Shown here: positions 1-9,183 of the stretch, in pieces
Position numbering within the stretch: position 1 is the stretch's first letter
Layout of the letters: every line of letters begins with the position of its first letter
Origin: Waterburya sp.
Lineage (GTDB): Bacteria > Cyanobacteriota > Cyanobacteriia > Cyanobacteriales > Xenococcaceae
Direction: 5' to 3'
Assembly: GCA_965217895.1 (NCBI GenBank)
Contig: CBDCJV010000002.1
Location: forward strand, 672,001-736,000
Length of the DNA stretch: 64,000 nucleotides
Notes under the pieces: generated by a model
Told to the model about the DNA's origin: nothing
The model's database searches: none
The model's input: the letters and a program-made list of their open reading frames with translations, nothing else
Program-made: the position numbers and the translations under genes

Positions 1-503
1 ACGATGTTGCCAGCTTTATCTATGTTTATTGCATATTCTTGTGAATATAATTCTTCTAGAAAACTGACGATTGCATCTTTTTGCTGAGGAATTATTACAG
101 GTAGAGTACATTCAATGTTAGTTTTTGTCCCACTACTTGAAAAGTTAGAAGAACCTACATATATACTTGATTTTGATTTTCTTTCAAAATAGTAAACCTT
201 TCCGTGATAACGTCTGCCATTCGTTAGGTATACGCCTGAAGCATTACCATAGCTTTTGAGTAGAGAATTAAGCTGAATAAGAGCATCGTATTTTTTCTGA
301 CTCAAGCCTTCATAGAACGCCATTCCTAACAGTAGGCGTGAGCTACCGCCAGAATTGGCAATTCTGATAAAATCTGAGGTGTAAGTATTAATGATATCGA
401 GCGATGTATAGCCAGAAGCTATAGTAACGTTTGTAGCTTTTCTGAACTCTACATCAAGTATATTACAAAAATTACCGCCAAATGCCGCTAAATTGGTAAA
501 CAT
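1..503 (-). CDS. PLD-superfamily restriction endonuclease (NgoFVII-like), runs off the window edge
   Basis: Manual translation from ATG at 503: MFTNLAAFGGNFCNILDVEFRKATNVTIASGY...RRYHGKVYYF...IYVGSSNFSSSG..NIE. The HxK and GSSN motifs are those of PLD nucleases. Start overlaps the methyltransferase stop. Confidence 0.85.
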   Translation of the reverse strand, partial: MFTNLAAFGGNFCNILDVEFRKATNVTIASGYTSLDIINTYTSDFIRIANSGGSSRLLLGMAFYEGLSQKKYDALIQLNSLLKSYGNASGVYLTNGRRYHGKVYYFERKSKSSIYVGSSNFSSSGTKTNIECTLPVIIPQQKDAIVSFLEELYSQEYAINIDKAGNI

Positions 504-1546
504 AATTCTGCCTTAACTCTCTCCAAATAAGGCTGAATAGCTTTTGCAAAGGGTAATATGCCAACAGGAGGAACTGAATTGCCAATTTGCCTTCTTACCT
601 CGGTAATTGTACCTTCAAAAACAAAATTATCGGGATAACCAAAAAGTCTTGCTCTTTCGCGATTAGTGAGTGGTCTAGGTTCAGAGTAGTGATAGCCCCA
701 AGTACCACCACCACCACCAGCAATAATTGTTGTAGAAGGTTTATCTGGATGTAAGCGTCGATAAACATGAGATATCATGCCTTTGACGTAGTGAGGTGAA
801 TCTTTGGGAATATCTGTAAAGTTACCGCCAGCAGGAATAAGCTTTAGCTTCTCAACAGTGCTACGCTGAATGTTTTGATGCTGATTATTATGCTCTACTT
901 TTTCAACGCCATAAAGTGCTTCTGAAGCAGAAACATAGTTGTCAAGAGTATGTGTTGGTCTAGGAACTTCAAAAGTATGTTTTATGTCTTTTCTAACGCC
1001 AATAATTAAAACTCGCTTCCTTAGCTGAGGTGTTCCATAATCAGCAAAGTTTACTAAGTGAGGTGTAGTTGTGTAGCCATACTGACCCGTTGAAGAAAAG
1101 TCTTCAACAATTTGTTTAATAGCTTTACCTTTATTGGCAGTCATTAAACCTTTAACATTTTCAGCAATAAACATTAGTGGTTCTTTCAAAGCAACAATAT
1201 CTACAAAGCTTCGATATAGATTACCTCTTTCGGTTTTAATTCCGCCACGTTTCCATATCATAGAAAAATCTTGGCAAGGAAAACCTCCTAAAATCAAGTC
1301 TGCATCAGGTATTGTAGAATGATCGAGCTTTTGTATATCTCCATGAACAATGTGTCTGCCTATATTTTTCTCGTATGTCTCACAAGCTTTTTGATCGATA
1401 TCATTTGCCCAAAGAATATTAAATCCAGCTTGGTGAAATCCTAAATCCATGCCACCACAACCTGAAAATAAAGAAATAACATCTATCTTTTGTTCAGACT
1501 TTAGTGTAGATATAGGTTCATTAAATAAGTTCAATTGAATCATCAA
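488..1546 (-). CDS. dcm: DNA (cytosine-5)-methyltransferase of a type II R-M system
   Basis: Motifs LFSGCGG, GGFPCQ, ENV, Q.RKRV and QIGNSVPP. The GGGGTWGYHY segment resembles M.NgoFVII-type enzymes. Confidence 0.95.
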   Translation of the reverse strand: MMIQLNLFNEPISTLKSEQKIDVISLFSGCGGMDLGFHQAGFNILWANDIDQKACETYEKNIGRHIVHGDIQKLDHSTIPDADLILGGFPCQDFSMIWKRGGIKTERGNLYRSFVDIVALKEPLMFIAENVKGLMTANKGKAIKQIVEDFSSTGQYGYTTTPHLVNFADYGTPQLRKRVLIIGVRKDIKHTFEVPRPTHTLDNYVSASEALYGVEKVEHNNQHQNIQRSTVEKLKLIPAGGNFTDIPKDSPHYVKGMISHVYRRLHPDKPSTTIIAGGGGGTWGYHYSEPRPLTNRERARLFGYPDNFVFEGTITEVRRQIGNSVPPVGILPFAKAIQPYLERVKAELCLPI

Positions 1547-1712
1547 ATTGGATAACTATTAAAAAAATATTGTTTAATCGCAATTTTTAGTATCATGCAA
1601 AATCTGGGATTGCTTCTTTATTAATGATTATTTTTAACATATTTGAAGACTATTTTATGTAGAAAGGATGTAGCCAATCCTAGTATCATCAGTAAATACC
1701 CATAAATTTAAG

Positions 1713-2558
1713 ATGGTAAGTAATTTAGAATTGGGCAAGCTCTATTTAGTGGGAACTCCCATTGGCAACTTAGAAGATATTACCCTACGGGCAATTCGCA
1801 CACTGACAGAAGTTGATTTGATTGCAGCAGAAGATACACGCCGTACTGGCAAGTTATTACAGCACCTACAGATTAAGACACCTCAACTGAGCTACAACGA
1901 ACACAATCATAACTCTCGCATCCAAGAGTTAATTAATCGTCTACAGCAGGGAGAAAGTATTGCTTTAGTTACAGATGCAGGAATGCCGAGTATTTCCGAT
2001 CCTGGAGTTCAGTTAGTGCAAGTTGCGATCGCATACAATATTAGAGTAATTCCCATTCCTGGAGGCACAGCAGTCGTTAGTGCCTTAGCTGCATCGGGTT
2101 TGCCCACCGACAAATTTGTTTTTGAGGGCTTTTTACCCCAGAAAGAAACAGAGCGTATTGCTCGATTAGAATTATTACGTAGCGAAACTCGCACCGTAGT
2201 TTTTTATGAAGCACCTCACCGAATTATTAAAACTTTAACCGACTTAGCTAAGACAGTAGGCGCAGAAAAAGAAATTGTCTTAGCACGGGAATTAACCAAA
2301 ATACACGAGGAGTTTTGGCGAGGAAATATTGGCGAGGCGATCGCTTTATACACAAAACGTCAACCCAAGGGAGAATATACTCTAGTTTTAAAAGGTGCAG
2401 CCGAAACTAATTTAATCATCTCAGAAGCTGAACTAAAATTGGAATTGCAGCAGCTATTAGATCAAGGAATGACGCGATCGCAAGCTAGTCGTCATCTGGC
2501 AAAGCTTACTTCTTTATCGCGACGAGAAATTTATCAGCTAGATTTATCCCTCTCCTAA
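1713..2558 (+). CDS. rsmI: 16S rRNA (cytidine1402-2'-O)-methyltransferase
   Basis: GTPIGNLEDIT, AAEDTR, DAGMPSISDPG, RELTKIHEE. Confidence 0.97.
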   Translation: MVSNLELGKLYLVGTPIGNLEDITLRAIRTLTEVDLIAAEDTRRTGKLLQHLQIKTPQLSYNEHNHNSRIQELINRLQQGESIALVTDAGMPSISDPGVQLVQVAIAYNIRVIPIPGGTAVVSALAASGLPTDKFVFEGFLPQKETERIARLELLRSETRTVVFYEAPHRIIKTLTDLAKTVGAEKEIVLARELTKIHEEFWRGNIGEAIALYTKRQPKGEYTLVLKGAAETNLIISEAELKLELQQLLDQGMTRSQASRHLAKLTSLSRREIYQLDLSLS

Positions 2559-2655
2559 GAAACAAAAGCTGTAGTTATTTCATGATTGAATTCTTTTATG
2601 GTTGTCATATATTTTAACCATAAATAATTAATGTCTTTGAGGTTTTGTATGAAAT

Positions 2656-2688
2656 CCTCACAGATTCTTCAAATTTAAAAACTATGAT
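2656..2688 (+). promoter_or_regulatory. Direct-repeat operator plus -10 element (copy 1 of 4)
   Basis: CCTCACA-GATT-CTTCAAA-N9-TATGAT upstream of the ORF at 2723. Confidence 0.65.
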
Positions 2689-2722
2689 TTAAATCAGATT
2701 GAAAAACTTGGTTTAAATAATT

Positions 2723-2929
2723 ATGAACTCTTTAACTATCTGCCCCTGTTGTTCTGCTCCCTTGTTACACCACTTAGGAAATCATCGAGAATATTGGTTT
2801 TGCCGTCACTGCTGGCAAGAAATGCCAGATCTAGGACTTGTCAAACATGAAAGGCAAGTGAAATTTTCTAAGATTATCAACCTATCAACTAGTTTTCCTC
2901 GTTACCAACCACGACTTCTACCAACCTAG
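2723..2929 (+). CDS. Small cyanobacterial zinc-ribbon protein
   Basis: CPCC...WFCRHCWQEMP pattern. Confidence 0.8.
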   Translation: MNSLTICPCCSAPLLHHLGNHREYWFCRHCWQEMPDLGLVKHERQVKFSKIINLSTSFPRYQPRLLPT

Positions 2930-2993
2930 CAATAGAATTTGTTTTCAAACATCTGGGAAGACGGATAATTTCTAAAACAATACTTTTCTAGTT

Positions 2994-4529
2994 ATGGCTG
3001 ATATTTCCCAATTAATTGCTCGAATGCAGCAGCCTGATTTTTATTCTCATCATGTCGAGCAAAACATTGAGCTGGTTCAAACTCATGCTTCCTATATCTT
3101 TTTGACAGGTGAATATACCTATAAGCTAAAAAAAAATGTTGACTATGGTTTTCTAGATTATTCGACTTTAGCTAAAAGGAAATTTTTTTTAAATGAAGAG
3201 CTGAGACTTAATCAGAAAATAGCCGCCGAACTATATTTAGAAGTTATGCCGATCAGTCGTAACGAGCAGGGATTTGTTCTTGGCAACTGCGATCGCATTG
3301 TAGAATACGCTTTGAAAATGCGTCAGTTTCCTCAAGAAAACTTGTTCAGTAATTTGTTAAAAGCTGGTAAGCTCAATGGCGATCGCTTTACTAAGTTAGG
3401 AAAAATCGTCGCTAAATTTCATTTTTCTGCTGAGAGTAATGATTACATCAATAGTTTTGGCACTGTAGCCAAGATTAGTGCTGCTTTTGCAGAAAACTAT
3501 CGCCAATCTCAGAAATATGTCGGCATAGTGCAAACACAGAAACAGTTTGAAGCAACAAAAGCCTATACTGATGCTTTTTTTGCCGAACGACAAGATTTAT
3601 TCCAGGCTAGAGTCTATCGAGGCAAAATAAAAGAATGCCACGGCGACCTGCATCTCAAAAATATTTGCCTATGGAAAGACAAGATTCAGCTATTTGATCG
3701 CCTTGAATTTAATGAATCTTTCCGCTTCGTTGACACGATGTACGATATTGCGTTTACCATCATGGACTTAGAAGCGCGTGAAAAACTAGAATTCGCCAAT
3801 GCTTTCCTAAATAGTTATCTAGAATATACAGGGGACTGGGAAGGGTTACTTATATTGCCTCTATATTTAAGTAGACAGGCTTATGTTAGAGCTAAGGTAA
3901 ATTCTTTTTTACTAGACGATCCTCAAGTTGCTGAAACAGATCGACAAGAGGCTAGAAAAGCTGCTAGTAATTATTATCGACAGGCTTGCCAATATACCCA
4001 AAGTACATCAGGCAATATAATTTTGATGTCTGGCTTATCAGGGTCGGGCAAAAGTACAGTGGCTCAAAGCATTGCTAGAAAGAAAGGTGCAATCCAGATT
4101 CGCTCCGATGCTGTTCGCAAACATTTAGCAGGGATATCTTTAGATGAGTCTGGGACAGATAATATTTACTCTCAACAGATGACTCAAGGAACTTACGATC
4201 GCCTTGGGGAATTGGGAATTATTCTAGCCCAAGAAGGATATACGATAATTCTCGATGCCAAATACGATCGCCTTAGTTTGCGTCAGTCTGTGATTACCCA
4301 AGCCCAGAATAATAATATAGCTTGGAAAATAATTCACTGTACTGCACCTGTATCTGTGTTGCGCGATCGCTTAAACCAACGTCAAAATGATATCTCCGAT
4401 GCCACCGCAGATTTAATTACCAATCAGCAAGCAAAAGCAGAAGATTTCTCCCCAGCAGAACAAGCTTACGTAACAGAAATAGATACATCTCAAGCCAACT
4501 GGCAAGAAAAACTGAGTAATATCATTTAA
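2994..4529 (+). CDS. Aminoglycoside-phosphotransferase-like / AAA_33 kinase fusion
   Basis: ECHGDLHLKNI in the N-terminal domain; GLSGSGKS P-loop and RSDAVRK in the C-terminal domain. Confidence 0.9.
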   Translation: MADISQLIARMQQPDFYSHHVEQNIELVQTHASYIFLTGEYTYKLKKNVDYGFLDYSTLAKRKFFLNEELRLNQKIAAELYLEVMPISRNEQGFVLGNCDRIVEYALKMRQFPQENLFSNLLKAGKLNGDRFTKLGKIVAKFHFSAESNDYINSFGTVAKISAAFAENYRQSQKYVGIVQTQKQFEATKAYTDAFFAERQDLFQARVYRGKIKECHGDLHLKNICLWKDKIQLFDRLEFNESFRFVDTMYDIAFTIMDLEAREKLEFANAFLNSYLEYTGDWEGLLILPLYLSRQAYVRAKVNSFLLDDPQVAETDRQEARKAASNYYRQACQYTQSTSGNIILMSGLSGSGKSTVAQSIARKKGAIQIRSDAVRKHLAGISLDESGTDNIYSQQMTQGTYDRLGELGIILAQEGYTIILDAKYDRLSLRQSVITQAQNNNIAWKIIHCTAPVSVLRDRLNQRQNDISDATADLITNQQAKAEDFSPAEQAYVTEIDTSQANWQEKLSNII

Positions 4530-4564
4530 ACATTGTTCAACCAAAATCATCACTTTTGACTTTT

Positions 4565-4593
4565 GTACGGGCGAACGACCGTTCGCCCCTTAC
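4565..4593. repeat. REP-like palindrome
   Basis: GTACGGGCGAACGACCGTTCGCCCCTTAC hairpin; related copy at 22352. Confidence 0.7.
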
Positions 4594-4612
4594 TGAATTT
4601 TGACCAACGGTC

Positions 4613-4703
4613 AGAGCAGCGCGAAAAACCGTTGCGGGGGTTTCCCCCGTTGAGGCTATTGAGTAAGCAGGCTCCGTCGTTTTACGGCGGAGTAATCTCT
4701 GAC
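4613..4703. repeat. Small dispersed repeat plus IS200/IS605-like end hairpin
   Basis: CGGGGGTTTCCCCCGTTGAG hairpin (related motifs near 27590 and 46415) and CTCCGTCGTTTTACGGCGGAG hairpin. Confidence 0.5.
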
Positions 4704-4709
4704 TTCATT

Positions 4710-5240
4710 CTATCCCGACCAACTAACCCAATGACGGGAAGTATTCTCTTGCTTTCTTTCACATCCACCCCAATTTATGTGTTCTATAATTGCGTTTTTG
4801 GTTTCTGCTACAGAAATATCTGTGCCAGCCAGTTTTGCTTCAGTCAAATCTGCACCGCTTAAATCTGCGCCACCAAGATCTACATCAGTCAAATTGGCAC
4901 TGCATAAATTAGCACGGTGTAGATTAGCGCAGCGTAAATCAGCACCACTCAAATCTGCGCCTCTGAGATCGGCATTTTCTAGATCTGCACCAATTAGATT
5001 TACTTCTGATAAATTTGCCCCTATTAAGCTAGCGTTTACCAAATTAACGTTAGTCAAATTAGCCTGCTCTAAACAAGCACCGCTTAAATCAGTATCACTG
5101 AGGTCTGCATCACTAAGATCTGCTTGAGTTAAGTTAATTCGCGTTAGATCGGCAGCTTCAAGATGAACAGAATGTAAATTTGCACCCCTGAAATCTAATA
5201 TGCCATAACGATATTGTCGGAGTAATTGTGTAGCTTTCAT
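4710..5240 (-). CDS. Pentapeptide repeat protein
   Basis: Tandem A(D/N)LXX repeats. Confidence 0.95.
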   Translation of the reverse strand: MKATQLLRQYRYGILDFRGANLHSVHLEAADLTRINLTQADLSDADLSDTDLSGACLEQANLTNVNLVNASLIGANLSEVNLIGADLENADLRGADLSGADLRCANLHRANLCSANLTDVDLGGADLSGADLTEAKLAGTDISVAETKNAIIEHINWGGCERKQENTSRHWVSWSG

Positions 5241-5411
5241 AATCGTTTTGTTCCTTTTGCTTGTAATTCAACAGTCAACTCAAGAAACACCACCAACAAG
5301 AGTTAACTATTAGCTGTAAATAAAAATTAGAACCTTCAAATTAACTATTGAAACTTATAAAAAGCGTTAATTGTAATTGAGATTTCTAATTCATAGTCTT
5401 CATAACAAAAT

Positions 5412-5444
5412 ATATTACAAATAAAACTTGAGGAAGTTGTGAAG
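5412..5444 (-). promoter_or_regulatory. Direct-repeat operator plus -10 element (copy 2 of 4)
   Basis: Minus strand: CTTCACA-ACTT-CCTCAAG-N9-TAATAT upstream of the pentapeptide gene. Confidence 0.65.
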
Positions 5445-5509
5445 GAAAATATTATTAAATTAGGTCATTTTAATAAAAATTACACAGTTTTTAAGTCAGA
5501 CCCTTAGTT

Positions 5510-5731
5510 TTAAAGACCATCTGTATATTGCTTGTGTAGATAGTTATAGTGTTCTCGTATAGCAGACTGTATTTCTGGTGATAAGTTATCAAACCCTGTT
5601 ATGTATCGTACGTCTGCACCCAATATCGCTAGGTCGTGAATTTGATTAGCTATAATTTTTATCCACTTGTGCTTTAAATTATGTGACTTTAATAGTTCTA
5701 TAAAATTTTGCTCAAAATGCGAACTAGTCAT
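5510..5731 (-). CDS. Hypothetical protein (73 aa)
   Basis: ORF with a plausible upstream promoter; no recognised domain. Confidence 0.55.
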   Translation of the reverse strand: MTSSHFEQNFIELLKSHNLKHKWIKIIANQIHDLAILGADVRYITGFDNLSPEIQSAIREHYNYLHKQYTDGL

Positions 5732-5760
5732 ATAACAAAATACTCATGCAATACCCTAGC

Positions 5761-5803
5761 AGTATATTAGTAAATATTTGTAGTAAATATGATCTTGATC
5801 ACA
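5761..5803 (-). promoter_or_regulatory. CRP-like site with class II promoter spacing
   Basis: Minus strand: TGTGA-TCAAGA-TCATA, then 21 nt, then TATACT. Confidence 0.55.
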
Positions 5804-5836
5804 ATAGTATCGTTAGAGTACTGTTCGTTAGAAAGA

Positions 5837-5867
5837 AGCCAGTAGGGTTTTCCATTTCTACTGGCTA
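5837..5867 (-). terminator. Stem-loop after the Hsp20/small-protein operon
   Basis: AGCCAGTAG...CTACTGGCT inverted repeat followed by TCTTTCT on the minus strand. Confidence 0.55.
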
Positions 5868-5928
5868 GGACATGAACGATAAATTTTTACCGCCTTCCGC
5901 GGTAACTAAAATTTTAGCAATGCTTCCC

Positions 5929-6063
5929 TTAGTCTTCGCTAGAATCTCCGCTAAAAGGCTGCACTCCTGATTTTGGATAATCGTCGTCTGTAGGTTTAAA
6001 GAGTCTTGAAACTCCATCCCAAAGATATTGAGTTGTGTCTTTTATCCATATAAAAATCTTCAT
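5929..6063 (-). CDS. Conserved cyanobacterial small protein (44 aa), not in the ORF track
   Basis: MKIFIWIKDTTQYLWDGVSRLFKPTDDDYPKSGVQPFSGDSSED with a GAGG RBS. The R(L/I)FxPxDDxYPxxGVQPF motif is recalled from cyanobacterial hypothetical proteins. Confidence 0.8.
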   Translation of the reverse strand: MKIFIWIKDTTQYLWDGVSRLFKPTDDDYPKSGVQPFSGDSSED

Positions 6064-6084
6064 ATCTTTTACCTCTTTAATTAA

Positions 6085-6276
6085 TTATTCAGCTAGGAAA
6101 TCTTGATTAAATTGTTGTTTTGTCAGAGGATATTCCAAAGTAAATCCTAGATGCGGACGAGTCCTTATTACCCTACTTAATGCCCAAAGAACACTAGTCT
6201 GAGCTATGAACATTAGCAATACAGAAAATCCGATTAGTATTTGTGTTGAGCTTGATGATTTGCTACGTACTTTCAT
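6085..6276 (-). CDS. Small single-TM hypothetical protein
   Basis: GAGG RBS, one hydrophobic segment, operon position. Confidence 0.65.
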   Translation of the reverse strand: MKVRSKSSSSTQILIGFSVLLMFIAQTSVLWALSRVIRTRPHLGFTLEYPLTKQQFNQDFLAE

Positions 6277-6334
6277 TGCTTTGACCTCGACTTTCCGAAT
6301 CTATAGTTTTCTCTTATTTATCGCCAGAAGACTA

Positions 6335-6676
6335 TTAAGTAATAGCTACGCTTGTTATATTTGCCTTCGGCATAGTTATTGTTAGGACTCCATCAATTAG
6401 TTCTGCTCTAACATGGTTGATTTGAATTGGTTCTGGTAAAGAAACATTACATTCAAGCTGCCCATAGTGGAGTTGAGAGGGAATTAATTCTTTTTCCGCC
6501 AATGACTGATGATGGTCATGAATTCCAGTAATTGAGATAGATTCGGGTTCTGCACTAATATTTAGATGTTTGATTTCAATTCCAGGAATTTCCGCTTTGA
6601 GAATTAAATTTCTATCGGTTTCATTAAATTCCATGGCTGGACACCATATTTTGCCTTCTTCTGTCATTGCCTCCAT
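6335..6676 (-). CDS. Hsp20/alpha-crystallin family small heat-shock protein
   Basis: LKAEIPGI...ITG...YGQ...LP...AELIDGVLTITMPK. Confidence 0.9.
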   Translation of the reverse strand: MEAMTEEGKIWCPAMEFNETDRNLILKAEIPGIEIKHLNISAEPESISITGIHDHHQSLAEKELIPSQLHYGQLECNVSLPEPIQINHVRAELIDGVLTITMPKANITSVAIT

Positions 6677-6734
6677 CTCCTGAGCTTTAATTTAGTTTGG
6701 TAATCTATTAAAACCACTTTTCTTTTATGGATTG

Positions 6735-6767
6735 AGAATAGCAACAAAGTTTGAAGAAATTGTGAGG
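6735..6767 (-). promoter_or_regulatory. Direct-repeat operator plus -10 element (copy 3 of 4)
   Basis: Minus strand: CCTCACA-ATTT-CTTCAAA-N9-TATTCT upstream of the Hsp20 gene. Confidence 0.65.
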
Positions 6768-6794
6768 ATGGCTGGATATTTTCGTTACTATTTA

Positions 6795-7268
6795 TTAACT
6801 ACTACCAGACTTTTCTGGAGTATTAATATTTTTAGAATTTAAAGGCTGTTGAGAGCTATCTAATTCAACTATGCCAGGCTCGAATTGAACGTTATTAATA
6901 TTTATACTTAAAATCTTTTTAGTTTGATAAGTAACACCACGATACTTTAGCTTTATGCTGGGTTGAATTATTAAAATTGCATTCGGAGGTAGTTGCTGAA
7001 CAGGAAAATGACTAGACAAAAATATTTCCGTAAATTTTGTGTTTCCACAATTTATTGCTTTTGAAGCTTGCCATTTTAGCTGATGGCAACGTTCTAAATA
7101 TTCGACTATATCTAGTTCGTGACAAGTTTCCAAGTGTTGAATTCTATATCTACGCCAGAAGCCAAAGGGATTAATAAATCTAACGTAAGTATCATGAGAA
7201 AATAGCTGTTTAAAATACAGGCTAATAGGAAAACTGATTTTAACTGGTCTTGTTTCTTTTGTATTCAT
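6795..7268 (-). CDS. Hypothetical protein with a DUF4278-like LKYRGVTY motif
   Basis: LKYRGVTY motif; GGAG upstream. Confidence 0.7.
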   Translation of the reverse strand: MNTKETRPVKISFPISLYFKQLFSHDTYVRFINPFGFWRRYRIQHLETCHELDIVEYLERCHQLKWQASKAINCGNTKFTEIFLSSHFPVQQLPPNAILIIQPSIKLKYRGVTYQTKKILSININNVQFEPGIVELDSSQQPLNSKNINTPEKSGSS

Positions 7269-7298
7269 CAGACATCTCCAATACTCATTTTTATCCTC

Positions 7299-7331
7299 AG
7301 ATTAAGCTAATAACTTGAAGAACTTGTGAGA
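7299..7331 (-). promoter_or_regulatory. Direct-repeat operator plus -10 element (copy 4 of 4)
   Basis: Minus strand: TCTCACA-AGTT-CTTCAAG-N9-TAATCT. Confidence 0.65.
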
Positions 7332-7372
7332 CAGACCGTGTTCATTATCTTTACCTGCTTAAATTTGTAACT

Positions 7373-8044
7373 TTAACTAGCCGAATTTAAGACGATCTTA
7401 GCTACCCAATCAGCTAAACCATTGAGGATCAACTTAACCCCAACTGCTAAGATAAATAAACCTAATAAACGGCTCAGAGCTTTTATTCCTGTCTCTTTAA
7501 GAGCTAAGAGCAGCAAATTGCTAAAGCGCAAACACAAATAAAGTAAAGTACCAACAATAACAATCGCCAAGCCAACAGCCAGCAGGTTAATTCCTGTTTG
7601 CCAATCAAAACTGTGACCCGCCTCGGCTGCTAACCCCAAAGTTACGGCGATAGAACCCGGTCCTGCTGATAGGGGAATGGTCATGGGGATAAATGAAATA
7701 TCCTCATAGTTTTCTTCATAGGTTGTTGGATTTTTATCTGTTGTTGGCTTAAGTTTAGGTTCGGAGTTGAGGGTTTGCCATCCAGCTTTAAAAACGATGA
7801 TCCCGCCAGCAATTTTTACTATTTCCAAGGAAATACCAAAAAAGCGTAAAATATTGCCACCAACTAACAAGAAAAAGATTAATAAGCAAACTGCATAGAT
7901 AGCCGTTTGACGAGCATACTTTTTTCTTAACTTTAAGGGTATACCAACCGTCAATGACAAAAAAATGGGTACTAATCCAATCGGATCTACTACGGGAATT
8001 AATGCTGCCAAGCTTTGGACTAAAAAGCCACAAAATTGTTCCAT
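7373..8044 (-). CDS. MarC family membrane protein
   Basis: VDPIGLVPIF, IAGGII, PMTIPLSAGPGSI, RLLGLFILAVGV. Confidence 0.95.
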   Translation of the reverse strand: MEQFCGFLVQSLAALIPVVDPIGLVPIFLSLTVGIPLKLRKKYARQTAIYAVCLLIFFLLVGGNILRFFGISLEIVKIAGGIIVFKAGWQTLNSEPKLKPTTDKNPTTYEENYEDISFIPMTIPLSAGPGSIAVTLGLAAEAGHSFDWQTGINLLAVGLAIVIVGTLLYLCLRFSNLLLLALKETGIKALSRLLGLFILAVGVKLILNGLADWVAKIVLNSAS

Positions 8045-8400
8045 ATTTATACCGCGGTAGGCTGTTTTGGTGATTTATAGAAGTTAATTAATCCCTCAGC
8101 TAGAATAATTGCTCTTTGACGGGAGCTTAAGGTGTATGTCAAAGTATAAATGCGATCGCTGCGTGTTTTCGACTCAAACCCTCTAATTCGACTCTGCTTT
8201 CGCCTTCTGGTGGTGCTAGCAGCATATTAGTCTTGGACGTATTTTCTGAGTACATTTATTGTAACGTCTCCATAGCTTGCTAAAAAGTAAGCATTAATCC
8301 AAAACACTCGTTACGAACAAGCAAGTTCTTCAGGGATGGAGCTGTTAGGATATACAAAATAGCATTAATAATTTCCCTCATCCTCTAAGTTTCGTCTTCT

Positions 8401-9183
8401 GTGAATCCTTACGTCGCTAGATTGTTTATTTACCCAATTAAATCTTTAGATCCTGTAGCGGTCGATCGCGTTACTATTTTGGAGTCTGGAGCTTTAAAAG
8501 GCGATCGCGCCTGGGCAATATTTGATCGAGATGATAATTTTGTTAACGGTAAACGGCAGCAGAAAATTCACGCCTTACGTTCAGAATTCGATCTAGCAAC
8601 TAATGTTTTATCATTACGAATACAGGGGACAGATAAAACAGTAACTTTTAATTTACAACAAGAACCAGAAGCGGTTGGTAACTGGCTAGAAACATACTTT
8701 GCTTTTCCTGTCAAAATCAAGCAGAATTTAAGCATGGGGTTTCCTGATGATACCGTTTCTCCTGGGGCAACTATAGTTAGTACTGCAACTTTAGAAGCGA
8801 TCGCCTCTTGGTATCCTGAACTAGATGCAGAAGATATTCGTCGCCGTTTTCGCACCAACATCGAAATTGCTGGTGTACCTGCTTTTTGGGAAGATAGACT
8901 ATTTACAACTCCAGAGCAAACGGTTAAATTTAAACTCGGCAACGTAGAGTTTATGGGCGTAAATCCTTGTCAACGCTGTGTTGTTATTACCCGCGATCCG
9001 CAAACGGGAAAGTCATATCCAAAATTTCAAAAGACCTTTATCAATCAAAGAAAAAAGAATCTGCCTGAATGGACAGAGCGATCGCGTTTTAATCATTTTT
9101 TTCGTTTAGCAATCAATACTAGGCTACCGCCAACTGAAGCGGGAAAAGTAATTGAAATAGGAGATATAGCCGTACAAAGTTAA
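8401..9183 (+). CDS. MOSC domain protein
   Basis: IYPIKS, GDRAWA, RRFRTNI, PCQRCVV. Confidence 0.92.
   Translation: MNPYVARLFIYPIKSLDPVAVDRVTILESGALKGDRAWAIFDRDDNFVNGKRQQKIHALRSEFDLATNVLSLRIQGTDKTVTFNLQQEPEAVGNWLETYFAFPVKIKQNLSMGFPDDTVSPGATIVSTATLEAIASWYPELDAEDIRRRFRTNIEIAGVPAFWEDRLFTTPEQTVKFKLGNVEFMGVNPCQRCVVITRDPQTGKSYPKFQKTFINQRKKNLPEWTERSRFNHFFRLAINTRLPPTEAGKVIEIGDIAVQS

Noticed and set aside
4563..5127. Plus-strand ORFs 4563-4862 and 4777-5127
   Set aside because: They run through repeats or are antisense shadows of the pentapeptide gene.
8139..8255. 38-aa minus-strand ORF upstream of marC
   Set aside because: No RBS or recognisable motif; insufficient support.
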